DNA of 64,000 bases from positions 32,001 to 96,000 of the forward strand of contig JBPOGF010000016.1 of NCBI GenBank assembly GCA_051251915.1, written 5' to 3'. A model generated the notes under the pieces. The model was not told where the DNA came from. It worked only from the letters and a program-made list of their open reading frames with translations, and ran no database searches. The position numbers were made by a program, and so were the translations under genes. Of this stretch, positions 45,254 to 55,900 are shown piece by piece; position 1 is the first letter of the stretch, and every line of letters begins with the position of its first letter. This DNA is from Akkermansiaceae bacterium. Its GTDB lineage: Bacteria; Verrucomicrobiota; Verrucomicrobiia; Verrucomicrobiales; Akkermansiaceae.

Positions 45254-46708
45254 TTATTCCTTGGTTCTGGATAGGCTAGGGAGGCCTTGTTTGAGGAAGT
45301 TGGTTTCTACTTTGGCGGCGGAGGCTGCGTCTAGGTAGAGCTTTTTGAGATCGTTGTCTATTTCGATGGTGTGGATGCCGTTTTGGTCTGGGGTTTTGAA
45401 GGCTTGTACGAGGGTAGGGATGTCTGCTATGTCTTTGCCGTTTACTTTGGTGACGATGACGCTAGCGATTCTTTCGTAGCCTAGGGTGGCTTCTGTGGGG
45501 ATGGTGCGGCTGAGGATGACTAGGCGGTTACGGTCTTTTTCGTAGTCTTCTGGGTGGTTGAGCGCATCTAGGAGTTCAATGGGGGCGCGGGTTTCCCATT
45601 TTTCTCCGAAGGCTTGGAGGTAGGAGCTGGTGAGTTCTTGGAAGATGAAGCCGCCTTTGATGAGGTAGCGGGGGGCTTTGCCATACATGTGTGAGGGGAT
45701 GATGCCTTCTGGGCGGCGTGTGAGGGTGACTTCTTTGGTGATGGGGGAGCCATCTCTGAGGAGGCTGAGGGTGATTTTCTCTCCGGTTTTTTTGCTACCT
45801 CCGACAAGGTGTCCCCAGTAGAGTGGGCCGTAGTTTTCTGATTGGTAGAAGCCTTTGCGGTCGAGTGTGTGGCCGTCGATGGCTAGAAGGACGTCGCCTT
45901 CTTTGATGTCTGCGTTTTGTGCGGAGCTGTTGCGGGCGACTCGCTGGATGAAGAGTCCGCCTTGGTCGTCATCAAGTTTTAGCCATGAGCGGAAGTGTGG
46001 GTCACTGGTGCGGGTGATGCTGATGCCTAGTGATGGGAAGCCGACGTAGTCTCCGTCATTGACGTCTGTTAGGAAGGCTTTGATGATTTCTGGGGCGGTG
46101 ACGTCTAGGAGCTGCTCGTCGCTGCTGTAGCTGGTGAGTAGGCCTAGGAGTTTGCCGTCTTTGAGGACGGGGATGGTGAAGCTGTTGGCGGCGCCTTGCA
46201 TGGAGGCTTTGATCTCGAAGGCTAGGAAGTAGTGTCCATCTACGAATGATGAGACGACGTCTGCTCCGCGGATGATGCCGTTGGTGACGAGTGTTTTGCC
46301 GTTGTCTTCTACTTGGTAGGCTTTGACTTTGTCATCGAGCTTGGGGCTAGGGGCTATTTCTAGGGGGAGCATTTTACCGATGAGTTCTTGGTGGGCTGGA
46401 TCGGTGACGCTGATGAGTGCTAGGTTTGCTTCGTAGTCGATGGCGATGGTTTTGGCGGGCATTGCGGTCTTGCTGTCGACAGTTTCGATCTCGATGAAGG
46501 TGGCGTCTGCGCCCATCTCGGCGGTGGTGATGATCTGGTTTTTGCCAACTAGGACGCCGATGCCGCGACGGGTGCGGGTGGGCTTTTTCTCCCATGGCTG
46601 GGCGATGTTGTATTCCTGACTGGTGGAGGAGATCTTGAGTAGAGGTAAGTTTTCTGCTGCGAAGGTGGAGCAGAGTGTGATGAGGAAGATTGCGATGATT
46701 GATTTCAT
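45254..46708 (-). CDS. Deg/HtrA (S1C)-like protein with PDZ domains and a degenerate catalytic triad
   Basis: Paralog of the upstream protease; TTAEM replaces TNAHV, EANLA replaces DCDLA, ANSFT replaces GNSGG. Confidence 0.8.
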   Translation of the reverse strand: MKSIIAIFLITLCSTFAAENLPLLKISSTSQEYNIAQPWEKKPTRTRRGIGVLVGKNQIITTAEMGADATFIEIETVDSKTAMPAKTIAIDYEANLALISVTDPAHQELIGKMLPLEIAPSPKLDDKVKAYQVEDNGKTLVTNGIIRGADVVSSFVDGHYFLAFEIKASMQGAANSFTIPVLKDGKLLGLLTSYSSDEQLLDVTAPEIIKAFLTDVNDGDYVGFPSLGISITRTSDPHFRSWLKLDDDQGGLFIQRVARNSSAQNADIKEGDVLLAIDGHTLDRKGFYQSENYGPLYWGHLVGGSKKTGEKITLSLLRDGSPITKEVTLTRRPEGIIPSHMYGKAPRYLIKGGFIFQELTSSYLQAFGEKWETRAPIELLDALNHPEDYEKDRNRLVILSRTIPTEATLGYERIASVIVTKVNGKDIADIPTLVQAFKTPDQNGIHTIEIDNDLKKLYLDAASAAKVETNFLKQGLPSLSRTKE

Positions 46709-46750
46709 GAATGAAATGGTGTTAGAAATTGTTAGATGAACAAGTTAAGA

Positions 46751-48262
46751 TTAGTTGCCGAGGTAGGATGGTTTGTCTACTCCGTAGGTTTGGAGGATTC
46801 TGGTGTTGTGGTTCTGGATGTCTTTGCCTGGGAGTATGATGGGGCGGCTTAGTCCATCGCATCTTATTTCGAAGAACTCGGGGGTGACTGCTGGGTTGAG
46901 GAGCTTATGGAGTTGCTGGATGTCGGTGATTTTGACTCCGTTGATAGACTCGATGGCATTTCCTTTGTAGCTGGATATGTATGAGTTGATGGGGTCATCT
47001 AGGACGTTGGTTAGGATGACTATGTCTTGACGTTTTTTGAAGATGTTTTCGGTGAGGTATTTGGTAAATAGTCTTCTTACTCGAGGGTTACTTATCCTTA
47101 GTTCTGAGTAGAGGTTTCTAGAAAGGGGTTGGAATACTAGGCCTCCTTGGATGGTGTATTGGGGGCGTTTTCCGTATTGGATAGAGTAGATGTCAGATGC
47201 GGGGAAGGGCTTGAGGGTGACCTCGGCAGATTGTTTTTTGCCATCGCGGATGAAGTCGAGTAGGACTTTGTCTCCGGCGAATTTACGTTCTACGATTTCA
47301 CTCATATTGACGCGTTCTCCTTCTATGTCTACGCTGCCTGCGCTGTCGATGGACTTGCCGTCAATGGCGGTGAGGATGTCGCCTTCTTTGAGGATGCCGT
47401 CGACTGGGCCGTCTTTGTAAAACCTGGCGACTAGGATTCCTGGATCATCTTGACCTAGGTTGTAGACCTTGCGCATGGCGGGATTAAATAGTGGGAATGT
47501 GGAGACTCCGAGGTCGACGTATTCATCATATGTTCCGTCTTCGATGTCCTTTAGGAAGCGTGTGATGACTGGGGTGGGGATCATGTAGCCGGTGTTGTCA
47601 GCAGTGGTGAGGCCTTGGAATGCGACTCCTACTACTTTGCCGTCTTGGAGGACTGGGCCTCCTGAGTTTCCAGGGTTGATGGCGGCATCGATCTGGACGA
47701 CTAGGTGCTTGTGAGATCTGCTGTGGGCGTAGGATCTGAAGTCTATGCGTGAGACTACGCCACGGGTGACTGAGATGCGATCTCCGCCGACTGGGTAGCC
47801 GATGACTCGGACTTGGGATTCTAGTTGTGGGACGGTGCCGATTTCTAGGTGTGGGAGGGTCTCAAATGGGGTGAAGTCTTCAACTTGTAGGATGGCGAGG
47901 TCGCAGTCGTGGGCGATGTGGAGGACGCGGGCTGGGTGCTTGCGTGCGGAGCCGTGCATGGTGATGAGGACGCGTCTGGCATTGGAGACGACGTGTGCGT
48001 TGGTGAGGAAGGTGTTCTTGCCGATGATGAATCCTGTGCCTGTTCCACCGCCAAATTTTCCAGAGTTCCATGGGGCGCTGTAGCTTGGGGTTTGGGTTGC
48101 GACTTCTATGCGGACAACGGATTTGTAGATGTCTGATGATTTGGGAATTTGGGGGAGGTCTTGGGGTGGTAGTGGGCTGACCTGAGTTTGCGCAAGTGCG
48201 GAGGATGTGATGCTAGCGACTCCTAGGGTGAGACAAACTAGGTGAGAGATAAACAATTTCAT
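46751..48262 (-). CDS. Deg/HtrA (S1C) serine protease, Deg2-like, two PDZ domains
   Basis: TNAHVV, HDCDLA, AINPGNSGGP; GGLVFQPLS second-PDZ region. Confidence 0.92.
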   Translation of the reverse strand: MKLFISHLVCLTLGVASITSSALAQTQVSPLPPQDLPQIPKSSDIYKSVVRIEVATQTPSYSAPWNSGKFGGGTGTGFIIGKNTFLTNAHVVSNARRVLITMHGSARKHPARVLHIAHDCDLAILQVEDFTPFETLPHLEIGTVPQLESQVRVIGYPVGGDRISVTRGVVSRIDFRSYAHSRSHKHLVVQIDAAINPGNSGGPVLQDGKVVGVAFQGLTTADNTGYMIPTPVITRFLKDIEDGTYDEYVDLGVSTFPLFNPAMRKVYNLGQDDPGILVARFYKDGPVDGILKEGDILTAIDGKSIDSAGSVDIEGERVNMSEIVERKFAGDKVLLDFIRDGKKQSAEVTLKPFPASDIYSIQYGKRPQYTIQGGLVFQPLSRNLYSELRISNPRVRRLFTKYLTENIFKKRQDIVILTNVLDDPINSYISSYKGNAIESINGVKITDIQQLHKLLNPAVTPEFFEIRCDGLSRPIILPGKDIQNHNTRILQTYGVDKPSYLGN

Positions 48263-48309
48263 ATGAGTGAAAATCTAGGGTAAAATGATGCTGGTGGAAG
48301 CTAAAAGGC

Positions 48310-48348
48310 AAAAAAATAGCGGTGCGCTCAGTTGTGAGCGCGCCGCTA
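48310..48348 (-). terminator. Rho-independent terminator after mscL
   Basis: TAGCGGTGCGCTCA-GTTG-TGAGCGCGCCGCTA stem with an A7 run (U-tract on the minus strand). Confidence 0.8.
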
Positions 48349-48382
48349 GGAAGTTGATTAGGGTAAGATATTCTAGGAATTC

Positions 48383-48775
48383 TTACTTCTTGAGTTGCTC
48401 GAGGATTTCAGCGAGGAGAACTTCTTGCTTGCTTGGAGCTGCAGGCTCCGCTGGCTTCTCTTCTTCTTTCTTCTCAAATGCTGCGATGAATTTCTTCACA
48501 ACGATGAAGACTACGAATGCGAGAAGTGTGAATGCGATGAATTCATCGAGGAAGCTACCGTATTTGATAGCAACTTCGTTTTCTTCACCTGCATTGGCTA
48601 GAACTAACTTGAGGTTATCGAATTTGATTCCACCCATGAGTAGACCGAGAACGGGCATTACGCAGTTTGTGACGAATGATTTGACTACAGCTGAGAAGCC
48701 GGCACCGAGGATGAAGCCTACAGCCATGTCTACGAGGTTGCCTTTGAAGGCGAATTCTTTGAATTGTTTGAACAT
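48383..48775 (-). CDS. mscL: Large-conductance mechanosensitive channel
   Basis: FKEFAFKGNLVDMAVG, YGSF, LLAEI. Confidence 0.96.
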   Translation of the reverse strand: MFKQFKEFAFKGNLVDMAVGFILGAGFSAVVKSFVTNCVMPVLGLLMGGIKFDNLKLVLANAGEENEVAIKYGSFLDEFIAFTLLAFVVFIVVKKFIAAFEKKEEEKPAEPAAPSKQEVLLAEILEQLKK

Positions 48776-49045
48776 AATTTTTTGTTAGTTGTTTTTGTAT
48801 TAGGAAGGTGAAAATTACCTTACGAGGATTAACTGGCATGGTTTTTCTGGGATGGCTAGTAAATATTGCTGTGTAAGGCATTAATCTAGCTCTAGATATG
48901 TATAAATCTATTGGGTGGAAGTATTTTGGCCTTTTACTAATGAGTTTCGTCTACTAAAGGTTCGTTGTCTGTTACATAGATGCCTCTGTAGGCTGAGGGG
49001 GAGCGTTACTACTAAGTGGTAGTTTTAGGAGACAAAAGGAAATCA

Positions 49046-49555
49046 ATGATCATGGATGAAGCGATTAAAATAGACTCAATGTTTGACGGAAGATCTCATC
49101 ACGGATCTTTTCGTTATCATTTGTGGCATCGGTGGGGGCGTTGGCTGGTGTTGAGGCGGGTGGTTTGTATTGCTATGGTGCTGATCGGTGGGGTTTTTGC
49201 GATTAAGACATATGGTCGTGGGGATAAGTTTGCAAATTTCATTACGATTAGTTTCGTGTTGTTAGGGTCGGTGGGGTATATGCGGCCGATGATTTGGCAG
49301 ATGTGGAATGAGCGGAAGCTGCGAAAACATGCGGCTTATGGGACTGAGATTCATTATGTTTTTAGTCCTGAGGAGATAGTTATGGATGGTAGTTCTGGGA
49401 AGGTGCATGTGCCTTGGAGTGAATTTATAGAGGTGGTGGAGACTAAGAAGGGGTTGTTGCTTTATCAGAATAAGAAAGATTACCTGTGGATACCGAGTTA
49501 TGATTTTGAGGCTGGTGAGATGGGGAAGGTTGTGAGGATGTTTGAGGGGGGGTAG
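49046..49555 (+). CDS. YcxB-family membrane protein
   Basis: Two TM helices then W...VETKKGLLLY...WIP. Confidence 0.72.
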   Translation: MIMDEAIKIDSMFDGRSHHGSFRYHLWHRWGRWLVLRRVVCIAMVLIGGVFAIKTYGRGDKFANFITISFVLLGSVGYMRPMIWQMWNERKLRKHAAYGTEIHYVFSPEEIVMDGSSGKVHVPWSEFIEVVETKKGLLLYQNKKDYLWIPSYDFEAGEMGKVVRMFEGG

Positions 49556-49663
49556 TTGTTAGTTGTGCTTTGGGTGATACCTGCGGCGCGGGGTAAAGCT
49601 GATGAGGCGGAACTTGGGTTGGAGGGGGCTTTACTTTTAGGTTGTGTGGGGTAGTTTTTTTGT

Positions 49664-50197
49664 ATGAGTATTTGTACTAAGCGAGGGGATGAGGGGGTGA
49701 CGGATTTGATGTTTGGGAGGCGGATTGGTAAGACGGAGGTGCGGGTGGAGGCTTGTGGGGCTGTGGATGAGTTGAATGCTGTTTTGGGGATAGTTAGGAA
49801 TGCGGAGATTAGTGGTGAGATGGAAGAGTGGGTGGATGATGTTCAGCAGAGGTTGGTGGGGCTGATGGGTGTTATTGCTACTCATGAGGAGGATCATGGG
49901 AAGTATGCTGAGAAGGGGTATAGGGGGATAGAGGCTAGCGATGTGGAGTGGCTAGAGGAGATCATTTCTGATGCTGAATACGAGAAGGGGATAAGCTTCC
50001 GTGGGTGGGCTAGGCCTGGGAAGGATGGGAAGTTGGCTTCGGCTTATCTGGACCTTGCTAGGACAGTTTGCCGGAGAGCTGAGAGGGCTTGTTGGGCGGT
50101 GGAGGATGATGCGCTGGGGATGGCGCGGTTGTTTTTGAATAGGTTATCAGATAGCTTGTGGCTAGTGGCGCGGGAGGCTTCTGTTAGTGGGGGGTAG
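49664..50197 (+). CDS. Cob(I)alamin adenosyltransferase (PduO type)
   Basis: TKRGDEGVT, GAVDELN, ARTVCRRAER, LNRLSD. Confidence 0.92.
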   Translation: MSICTKRGDEGVTDLMFGRRIGKTEVRVEACGAVDELNAVLGIVRNAEISGEMEEWVDDVQQRLVGLMGVIATHEEDHGKYAEKGYRGIEASDVEWLEEIISDAEYEKGISFRGWARPGKDGKLASAYLDLARTVCRRAERACWAVEDDALGMARLFLNRLSDSLWLVAREASVSGG

Positions 50198-50227
50198 AAG
50201 GTGCTGGGGGAGGGGTGAAGTTATCTG

Positions 50228-50953
50228 TTAGAAACTGACTGCGAAGTAGACTCCGCCGGAGAGTGAATTTTCTGCTTCGTCGTGAATGGCGATACTGGTG
50301 GCCACGAAGGGTGATAGGGAGACGCTGTCGCTGATGTTGTAGGTGTATTCTAGTTTGGCGAAGATGTGGTGGAGGCCGCTGCGATCATAGTAATCTGCTG
50401 TGGCGCCGACTCCTGTGCTGAAGAGGAGGTAGGAGCTGTTGGAGACTTCCTGGTAGGCTGAGGCTTTGATTTCTCCGTAGGCTCCTTTTGCGCCGGTGTC
50501 GTAGGTGAGGAGGGCGGTGAAGTCGATGGTGTCATTGAGGACCCAGTTGACGCTGCCGCCTAGATCTGCGCCGGATTTGAACTGGGATTTGAGCTGGGTG
50601 TTAGCGTAGTCTCTGAGGGTGAGTTTGGCGGTGTAGGTGAGGTCTCCGATGTTCTTGGAGAAGTCGATGAAGGCTCCTGCTTCGGTGAAGTCTCCATCGC
50701 CGGTGGCGGTGCCGAAGTAGAGGCCGATGTCGATGGTCTCGGTGTTAGATAGAGCGACTTGGCCGGCGAGCTGGAATTCCATGCTTTTATCAGCGAGCTT
50801 GAAGCCGCGATACATGTATTCTGAGCGCCAGGTGGTGAGCCCTTCTAGGCCGTATTTGATTTCTCCGTCGGTGACTTTATCGATAGTTGATTCTGCGGCG
50901 GTGGCAGATAAGCATGTTAGAGAGATGATTGATAGGCTGGTGATGAGCTTCAT
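50228..50953 (-). CDS. Small outer-membrane beta-barrel (TorF/Gcw_chp-like)
   Basis: Signal peptide, SEYMYRG motif, amphipathic strands, C-terminal Phe. Confidence 0.68.
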   Translation of the reverse strand: MKLITSLSIISLTCLSATAAESTIDKVTDGEIKYGLEGLTTWRSEYMYRGFKLADKSMEFQLAGQVALSNTETIDIGLYFGTATGDGDFTEAGAFIDFSKNIGDLTYTAKLTLRDYANTQLKSQFKSGADLGGSVNWVLNDTIDFTALLTYDTGAKGAYGEIKASAYQEVSNSSYLLFSTGVGATADYYDRSGLHHIFAKLEYTYNISDSVSLSPFVATSIAIHDEAENSLSGGVYFAVSF

Positions 50954-50961
50954 GGTGAGTG

Positions 50962-52116
50962 TTATTGGGTTGCGGTTGAGAGCTTGTCGAATGATGCTTT
51001 GATTTTGGCAAGGCCTTCTAGGACGCGCTCATGTGGGCATCCGTAGTTGAAGCGGATGTGCTGTGGGCTGGCGAAGTATGCGCCGTCTGAGAGGAAGAGG
51101 CCGGCGTCTTTTTCTAGGTATACGGCGGGGTTGTCTAGGCCTAGTTTAGAGCAGTCTATCCATGCGAGGTAGGTGGCTTCTATGTTTGGTATGGTGAGGT
51201 ATGGCATTTCCTTTCTGACGAAATCTGTGATGGTGTCGCGATTTTTCTTGAGGTAGGCGAGGAGTTCTTGGCGCCATGGTTCACCGTGACGGTAGGCTGC
51301 TTCTGCGGTGTAGAAGGCGATGCAGTTGATCTCTGGGAGTGTGTGACCTTTGGTTTGATTAAACCTTCTGCGGAGGGTGTCATTTTCGATGATGGCGAAT
51401 GCGTAGCCCAGGCCTGCGATGTTGTAGGTCTTGGATGGAGCTTGGAGGATGATGAGTTTCTGCTTGAGGTGCTCTGGTAAATGGATGGCGCTGAAGAATG
51501 GCTGGGTGTCTTCGTTGAAGACGAGGTCGCAGTGGATTTCATCTGATACGAGGACGAGGTCGTGCTCGAGGCAGAATTCTGCTAGCTGGGTGACTTCTTC
51601 TTTGGTGAATGATCTGCCGAGTGGGTTCTGAGGGTTGCAGAGGATGAAGACTTCTGTTTTGTCTGTGACTGCGGCTTCCATGGCGTCCCAGTCGAAGGTG
51701 TATTTGCCTTCTGTTAGAGTGTGTGGGACTTGGATAGTTTCAGCTTGAGCATCATGAGCTACGCCGAGGAATGGAGGGTAAACTGGGGTGCAAGTCATGA
51801 TGGCTGCTCCAGGAGAGACGAAGGCTCTAGCGATGAGTGAGAGGGCAACTACTAGCCCGCCGAGGTGGATGAGGTGGTCTGCATTGACGGTGGCATTGTG
51901 GCGGGTGGAGAGGTAATCTGTGATGGCCTCGCTGAGGCCATCATGGGCGTGGGCGTAGCCGAAGACTCCGTGGTTCACACGTTCTTGGACGGCATCTAGC
52001 ACGCACTGTGGAGATGTGAAGTCCATGTCGGCAACCCAGAATGGGTCGAGTTCTGGGCGGCGATCCCATTTGATAGATCCTGTGCCGCGTCTTGGAATGA
52101 TGGTGTCAAAGCTCAT
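50962..52116 (-). CDS. PatB/MalY family PLP-dependent C-S lyase
   Basis: WVADMDF, CNPQNP, SDEIHCDL, APSKTYNIAGL. Confidence 0.92.
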   Translation of the reverse strand: MSFDTIIPRRGTGSIKWDRRPELDPFWVADMDFTSPQCVLDAVQERVNHGVFGYAHAHDGLSEAITDYLSTRHNATVNADHLIHLGGLVVALSLIARAFVSPGAAIMTCTPVYPPFLGVAHDAQAETIQVPHTLTEGKYTFDWDAMEAAVTDKTEVFILCNPQNPLGRSFTKEEVTQLAEFCLEHDLVLVSDEIHCDLVFNEDTQPFFSAIHLPEHLKQKLIILQAPSKTYNIAGLGYAFAIIENDTLRRRFNQTKGHTLPEINCIAFYTAEAAYRHGEPWRQELLAYLKKNRDTITDFVRKEMPYLTIPNIEATYLAWIDCSKLGLDNPAVYLEKDAGLFLSDGAYFASPQHIRFNYGCPHERVLEGLAKIKASFDKLSTATQ

Positions 52117-52162
52117 GCGCGGATGTTGCCTGAGTCAGGCTGAAATCAAAGTAAAAAATAAG

Positions 52163-52780
52163 TCAGAGTTCCCGATAAAATTTCTTGAGCTTGGGGCCGA
52201 CGGGGGAGTCCATGGCGAGTTGCCAGTCTGAGCTGGTGTGGATGACTGGGAGTTTTGGTAAATGGGCGGCGTGCTCGTCAGCATCGCTGCTAGAGGTAAG
52301 TTTTTGGTGCTGGATGGTGAGGTAGTTTTCTCCTTTGACTTGGGTGGTCTCGGTGCATTGCATCATGGCTGCATTGATCCAGCGTGAACTGCACTGCGGG
52401 CAATGGGCTGAGAGTAGGGCTGATTTTTGGAAGTCAGTGGTGGGTGGGTGCTGATCTATGGTGAACTCGATGGTGAATTCTGGTGCATTTTGTTCAGGGG
52501 TGAAACAGAAGTGATTTTTCTGCTTGATGACTTTTCCTCTGAATAATGGCAATATCCAGAAGCTTACAGCATCAATAGCCTCAGGTTCGGCCGGTGAAAC
52601 GATGAATCTAACATGGGTGTCATTTAATCCGGTGAGCTGGCTGATCAGGACGCAAATTAGTGAACGGTAGCGTTTCTCTGCTTCATTGACTTCATCGGCT
52701 AAAGCATGGTGTGCGCTTGGTTGAGCGGGGTTACTGGTCGGTTCTTCGATGTGGATTTGCAGGATGTTAGGTTTGGTCAT
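52163..52780 (-). CDS. Hypothetical protein
   Basis: Open frame of about 205 aa from MTKPNIL; no recognised motif. Confidence 0.55.
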   Translation of the reverse strand: MTKPNILQIHIEEPTSNPAQPSAHHALADEVNEAEKRYRSLICVLISQLTGLNDTHVRFIVSPAEPEAIDAVSFWILPLFRGKVIKQKNHFCFTPEQNAPEFTIEFTIDQHPPTTDFQKSALLSAHCPQCSSRWINAAMMQCTETTQVKGENYLTIQHQKLTSSSDADEHAAHLPKLPVIHTSSDWQLAMDSPVGPKLKKFYREL

Positions 52781-52929
52781 GATGAGCTCGGTGTTTTGAA
52801 TCACTGGAGGTAAGTTTTGTGGAAACGAAGCGATGATGCAAGGGGATATGGGGAAAAGCATGGTCTAATTTGATGCCTGACCAGAGTGATGATCATGAGG
52901 ACTGGGACTGATCGAAGCTAGTTTTAATA

Positions 52930-52957
52930 TTGACGCATTTCGTAGTGATTACATAAT
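52930..52957 (+). promoter_or_regulatory. Candidate sigma70 promoter
   Basis: TTGACG-N16-CATAAT, 23 bp upstream of the ATG at 52981. Confidence 0.5.
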
Positions 52958-52980
52958 GATTATGAATAGTTTAAAGTAAG

Positions 52981-55900
52981 ATGAAAATTTTGATAAACCA
53001 GAGATATCATAAGGAGGAGTATGCTAAACGACAATGTGGGTTTGCTCTCATTGCGACAATTTCTATGATGGTGCTGTTGATGATGATAGCGCTAGCGATG
53101 CTATCTCTCTCGACAACTTACGTCAGGACTTCTCACAGTAATCAAGCTGTAGAAGAAGCTCAGCAGAATGCTCGAGTTTCTTTAATGATGGCGATTGGTC
53201 AGCTGCAGTCGCTGACCGGTCCGGATACGCGGGTCACGGGTAGTTCGAGGTTATTGTCTGAGACTAATGTCGCGGCGACTGGTGTCTGGAGAAGTTGGGA
53301 GGGGACTGATCATGAAAATACGGGCAAGCCGAAAGCTCCGGATTACGATTTGAAAATGCAAACGGGTGACCCGAATGCTGAACCTAGCAGTACTGCTAGT
53401 GATGGTCGGTTTCTTGGCTGGTTAGGGTCCACTTCTTTAAACCCAAGCGTAGGTGATCTGGGTGATTTTTCGAAGACGGCGGTAGATGATTATATTCTCA
53501 TGCTAGGGGAAGGAGGAGTGATGAACACGGATGACCAAGTCTATGTGAAGCCGACTTACGTTGATGAAAAGACTGGAGCAGTTGCTTGGTGGACTTGTGG
53601 GAATAATAGTAAAGCCATGATTAACGTAGATCGTGTGGCAGTACCTAGCTCAGTGGTGGAATGGCAACAGCGTGTGCGATCTAATGGGCGCGCTGATAGC
53701 GAGACTTTTGGACTTGAAAAAGTGGATGAGCGTGCGGTGGGAGCACGGGTTCCCACTAGGAAAACGCTAGGGTTGGTGGATTCTGCAGCTGAAATCCGTA
53801 AATTTCATGATCTGACTACTTATAGTAGAGGGTTACTGACTAACACTGCGACAGGTGGCTGGAGAAAGGATCTTTCTCTTCTAACAGAACAATATGATGA
53901 GCTGCCAGACACTGAGCTAGCTTCATTCACGCTGGAGCCTGGGAATGAACAGACATTTTCCAAAGCTCAGGACGGCAGTTATCCACCTAATCCATTGATC
54001 TACCCTTGGACAACGTATCATAGTAGTGCATCTAACAATCAGGTGATAGAGCAGGTGCCGGCGATTTGTTCATGGACAGCGCTAGTTGATTACTCATTAC
54101 AATACCGAAACCTTACCTCTGCTGGAGCAGCTAGAACTTCTATGCCAATTGAGGTGGAAGGAACAAAATCTAACAGCGACCGGTTTGATTTTCAAGATAA
54201 GGTAAGACGTGTCCCGCAGTTGGCACGGCTTCAGTGGATCTATTCACTGTGCTCCCAAAAAATAGTAGGGGGATCTGATGATGGAAAATATAATCCTGGA
54301 TTGATGGTGACTCCGGTGGTCACGGTTTGGAACCCATATAATGTAGAGCTGGATGTGAGTAATTACCGACTTCTCGCTGAGGAGGTGGCGCCCTTGAATT
54401 TTACTTTCAGGGTGGGTGACAAGACTTATAGTAAGAGGAGACTGCGAAATATTGTAACTGGGTGGTTTGAGCTGACTGTTACTGAACCTTTCACGTTAGC
54501 ACCTGGAGCGACTCGGATTTTTGGTTTAAGTAGTGCAGATCCAGTGGATGAAGGGACTAAAGTTGACATTACTCCAGGATACACTCCGGGGAGTGGTTTT
54601 ATGATGTTTGGTATTAATAATGGGAAGAAAGTTGTGGCGGATGCGGGGGATACATTTGACATTGAATCAGTAGGCTATGATGGAACTAATTCGGGCTCAT
54701 CTGAGATCAGTCTGTTGTTAAATATTTATGTGAATGAGAACCGCTTGCGTCAGAGGATGAGCTACACGACGAGCGATCTTGGGGGACAGGCGGTGGCTGA
54801 ACTATTGTATCCGCAGCTGATTCAGAGTATAGGTGTTGATCAAGTGATGGATGTGGAAGGAAGAAATAATTTGGCCTTTGCTAGCTCGGTTTTCGGGTAT
54901 CGGATGGCGAACCCTATTTCTACGGTTCCGGAGCATAGGCACCTTTTTACTAAGGGGATGCTTCAGGCGAATCCGCTGAATAATCATGCGGCGGTAGGGA
55001 ATGAATTTTTTACTGAAACAGGAGTGTCTGCTTCGGGAGGATCCATGGCTTCCGTGGCTGGCACTGGAGCATTTCACCCGGCGAATGCGCCCTTTGACTT
55101 TGCGTTTCTGGATGTGCAGGGATGGAATGATACGCGTTACATGCCTCAGCTAGAAATTAGCACGAATAGCAGTTACATTGTATCTGGAGTCACTGCTGGG
55201 GATGGTCTCACTCGCTGTGTTATGGCGGAGCTTCCTACACGGCCGTTGCTGAGTTTAGGGCAGCTACAGCATTTTGATGCTCGTAATAATAACCCCGTTC
55301 CTCCGTTTCAGTTTAACTTGATTGGGAACGGATCTGCTCATCCTATTTTTGGGCCTGAGCAGCTCGCTGTGCCTACTTCGACGAGTTTGCCTGATTTGGT
55401 TAATGATGATACCTACATGTTGAACCATCTGTTGTTCGATGATTGGTTTTTCTCATCGATTGCTCCGGATCTTGATGATTTTGGTAAACATACAGATAGG
55501 GATTACGAAACGGTTTATGAGGATCATTTTAATGGTATAGAATCTTTGACCAATCGATTTTATCTACCAGCTAGAAGTGCTGATGAAAATGCTGTGAATA
55601 CGGTTAAAGACGAAGATACTGGGCTCTATACTTACCAGACAATTGCTTCTCAGTTAGAGGTCGATGGAATGTTTAATATCAATTCGGTGTCGGTGGATGC
55701 ATGGAAGGCTATTCTTAGCCATAATCGTGATGCTGAGGTGCCTTACCTAAGTCCTGCGGGGGCTACTGCTTCAGCTGGAGCTGGTGGTTTTCCCTATCCA
55801 AGAACCTCGATTGCTGGTGATAAGGCGACGGATTCAGGTTCACGGGATTCAAATGCAACGAATGGTGATGCTGCGTATTTTGCTGGCTACACGGCTCTCA

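Noticed and set aside
49585..49640. CTGATGAG within a GTAAAGC/GCTTTAC inverted repeat upstream of the PduO gene (hammerhead ribozyme or cobalamin riboswitch)
   Set aside because: No stem II followed by GAAA, and no recognisable B12-box elements
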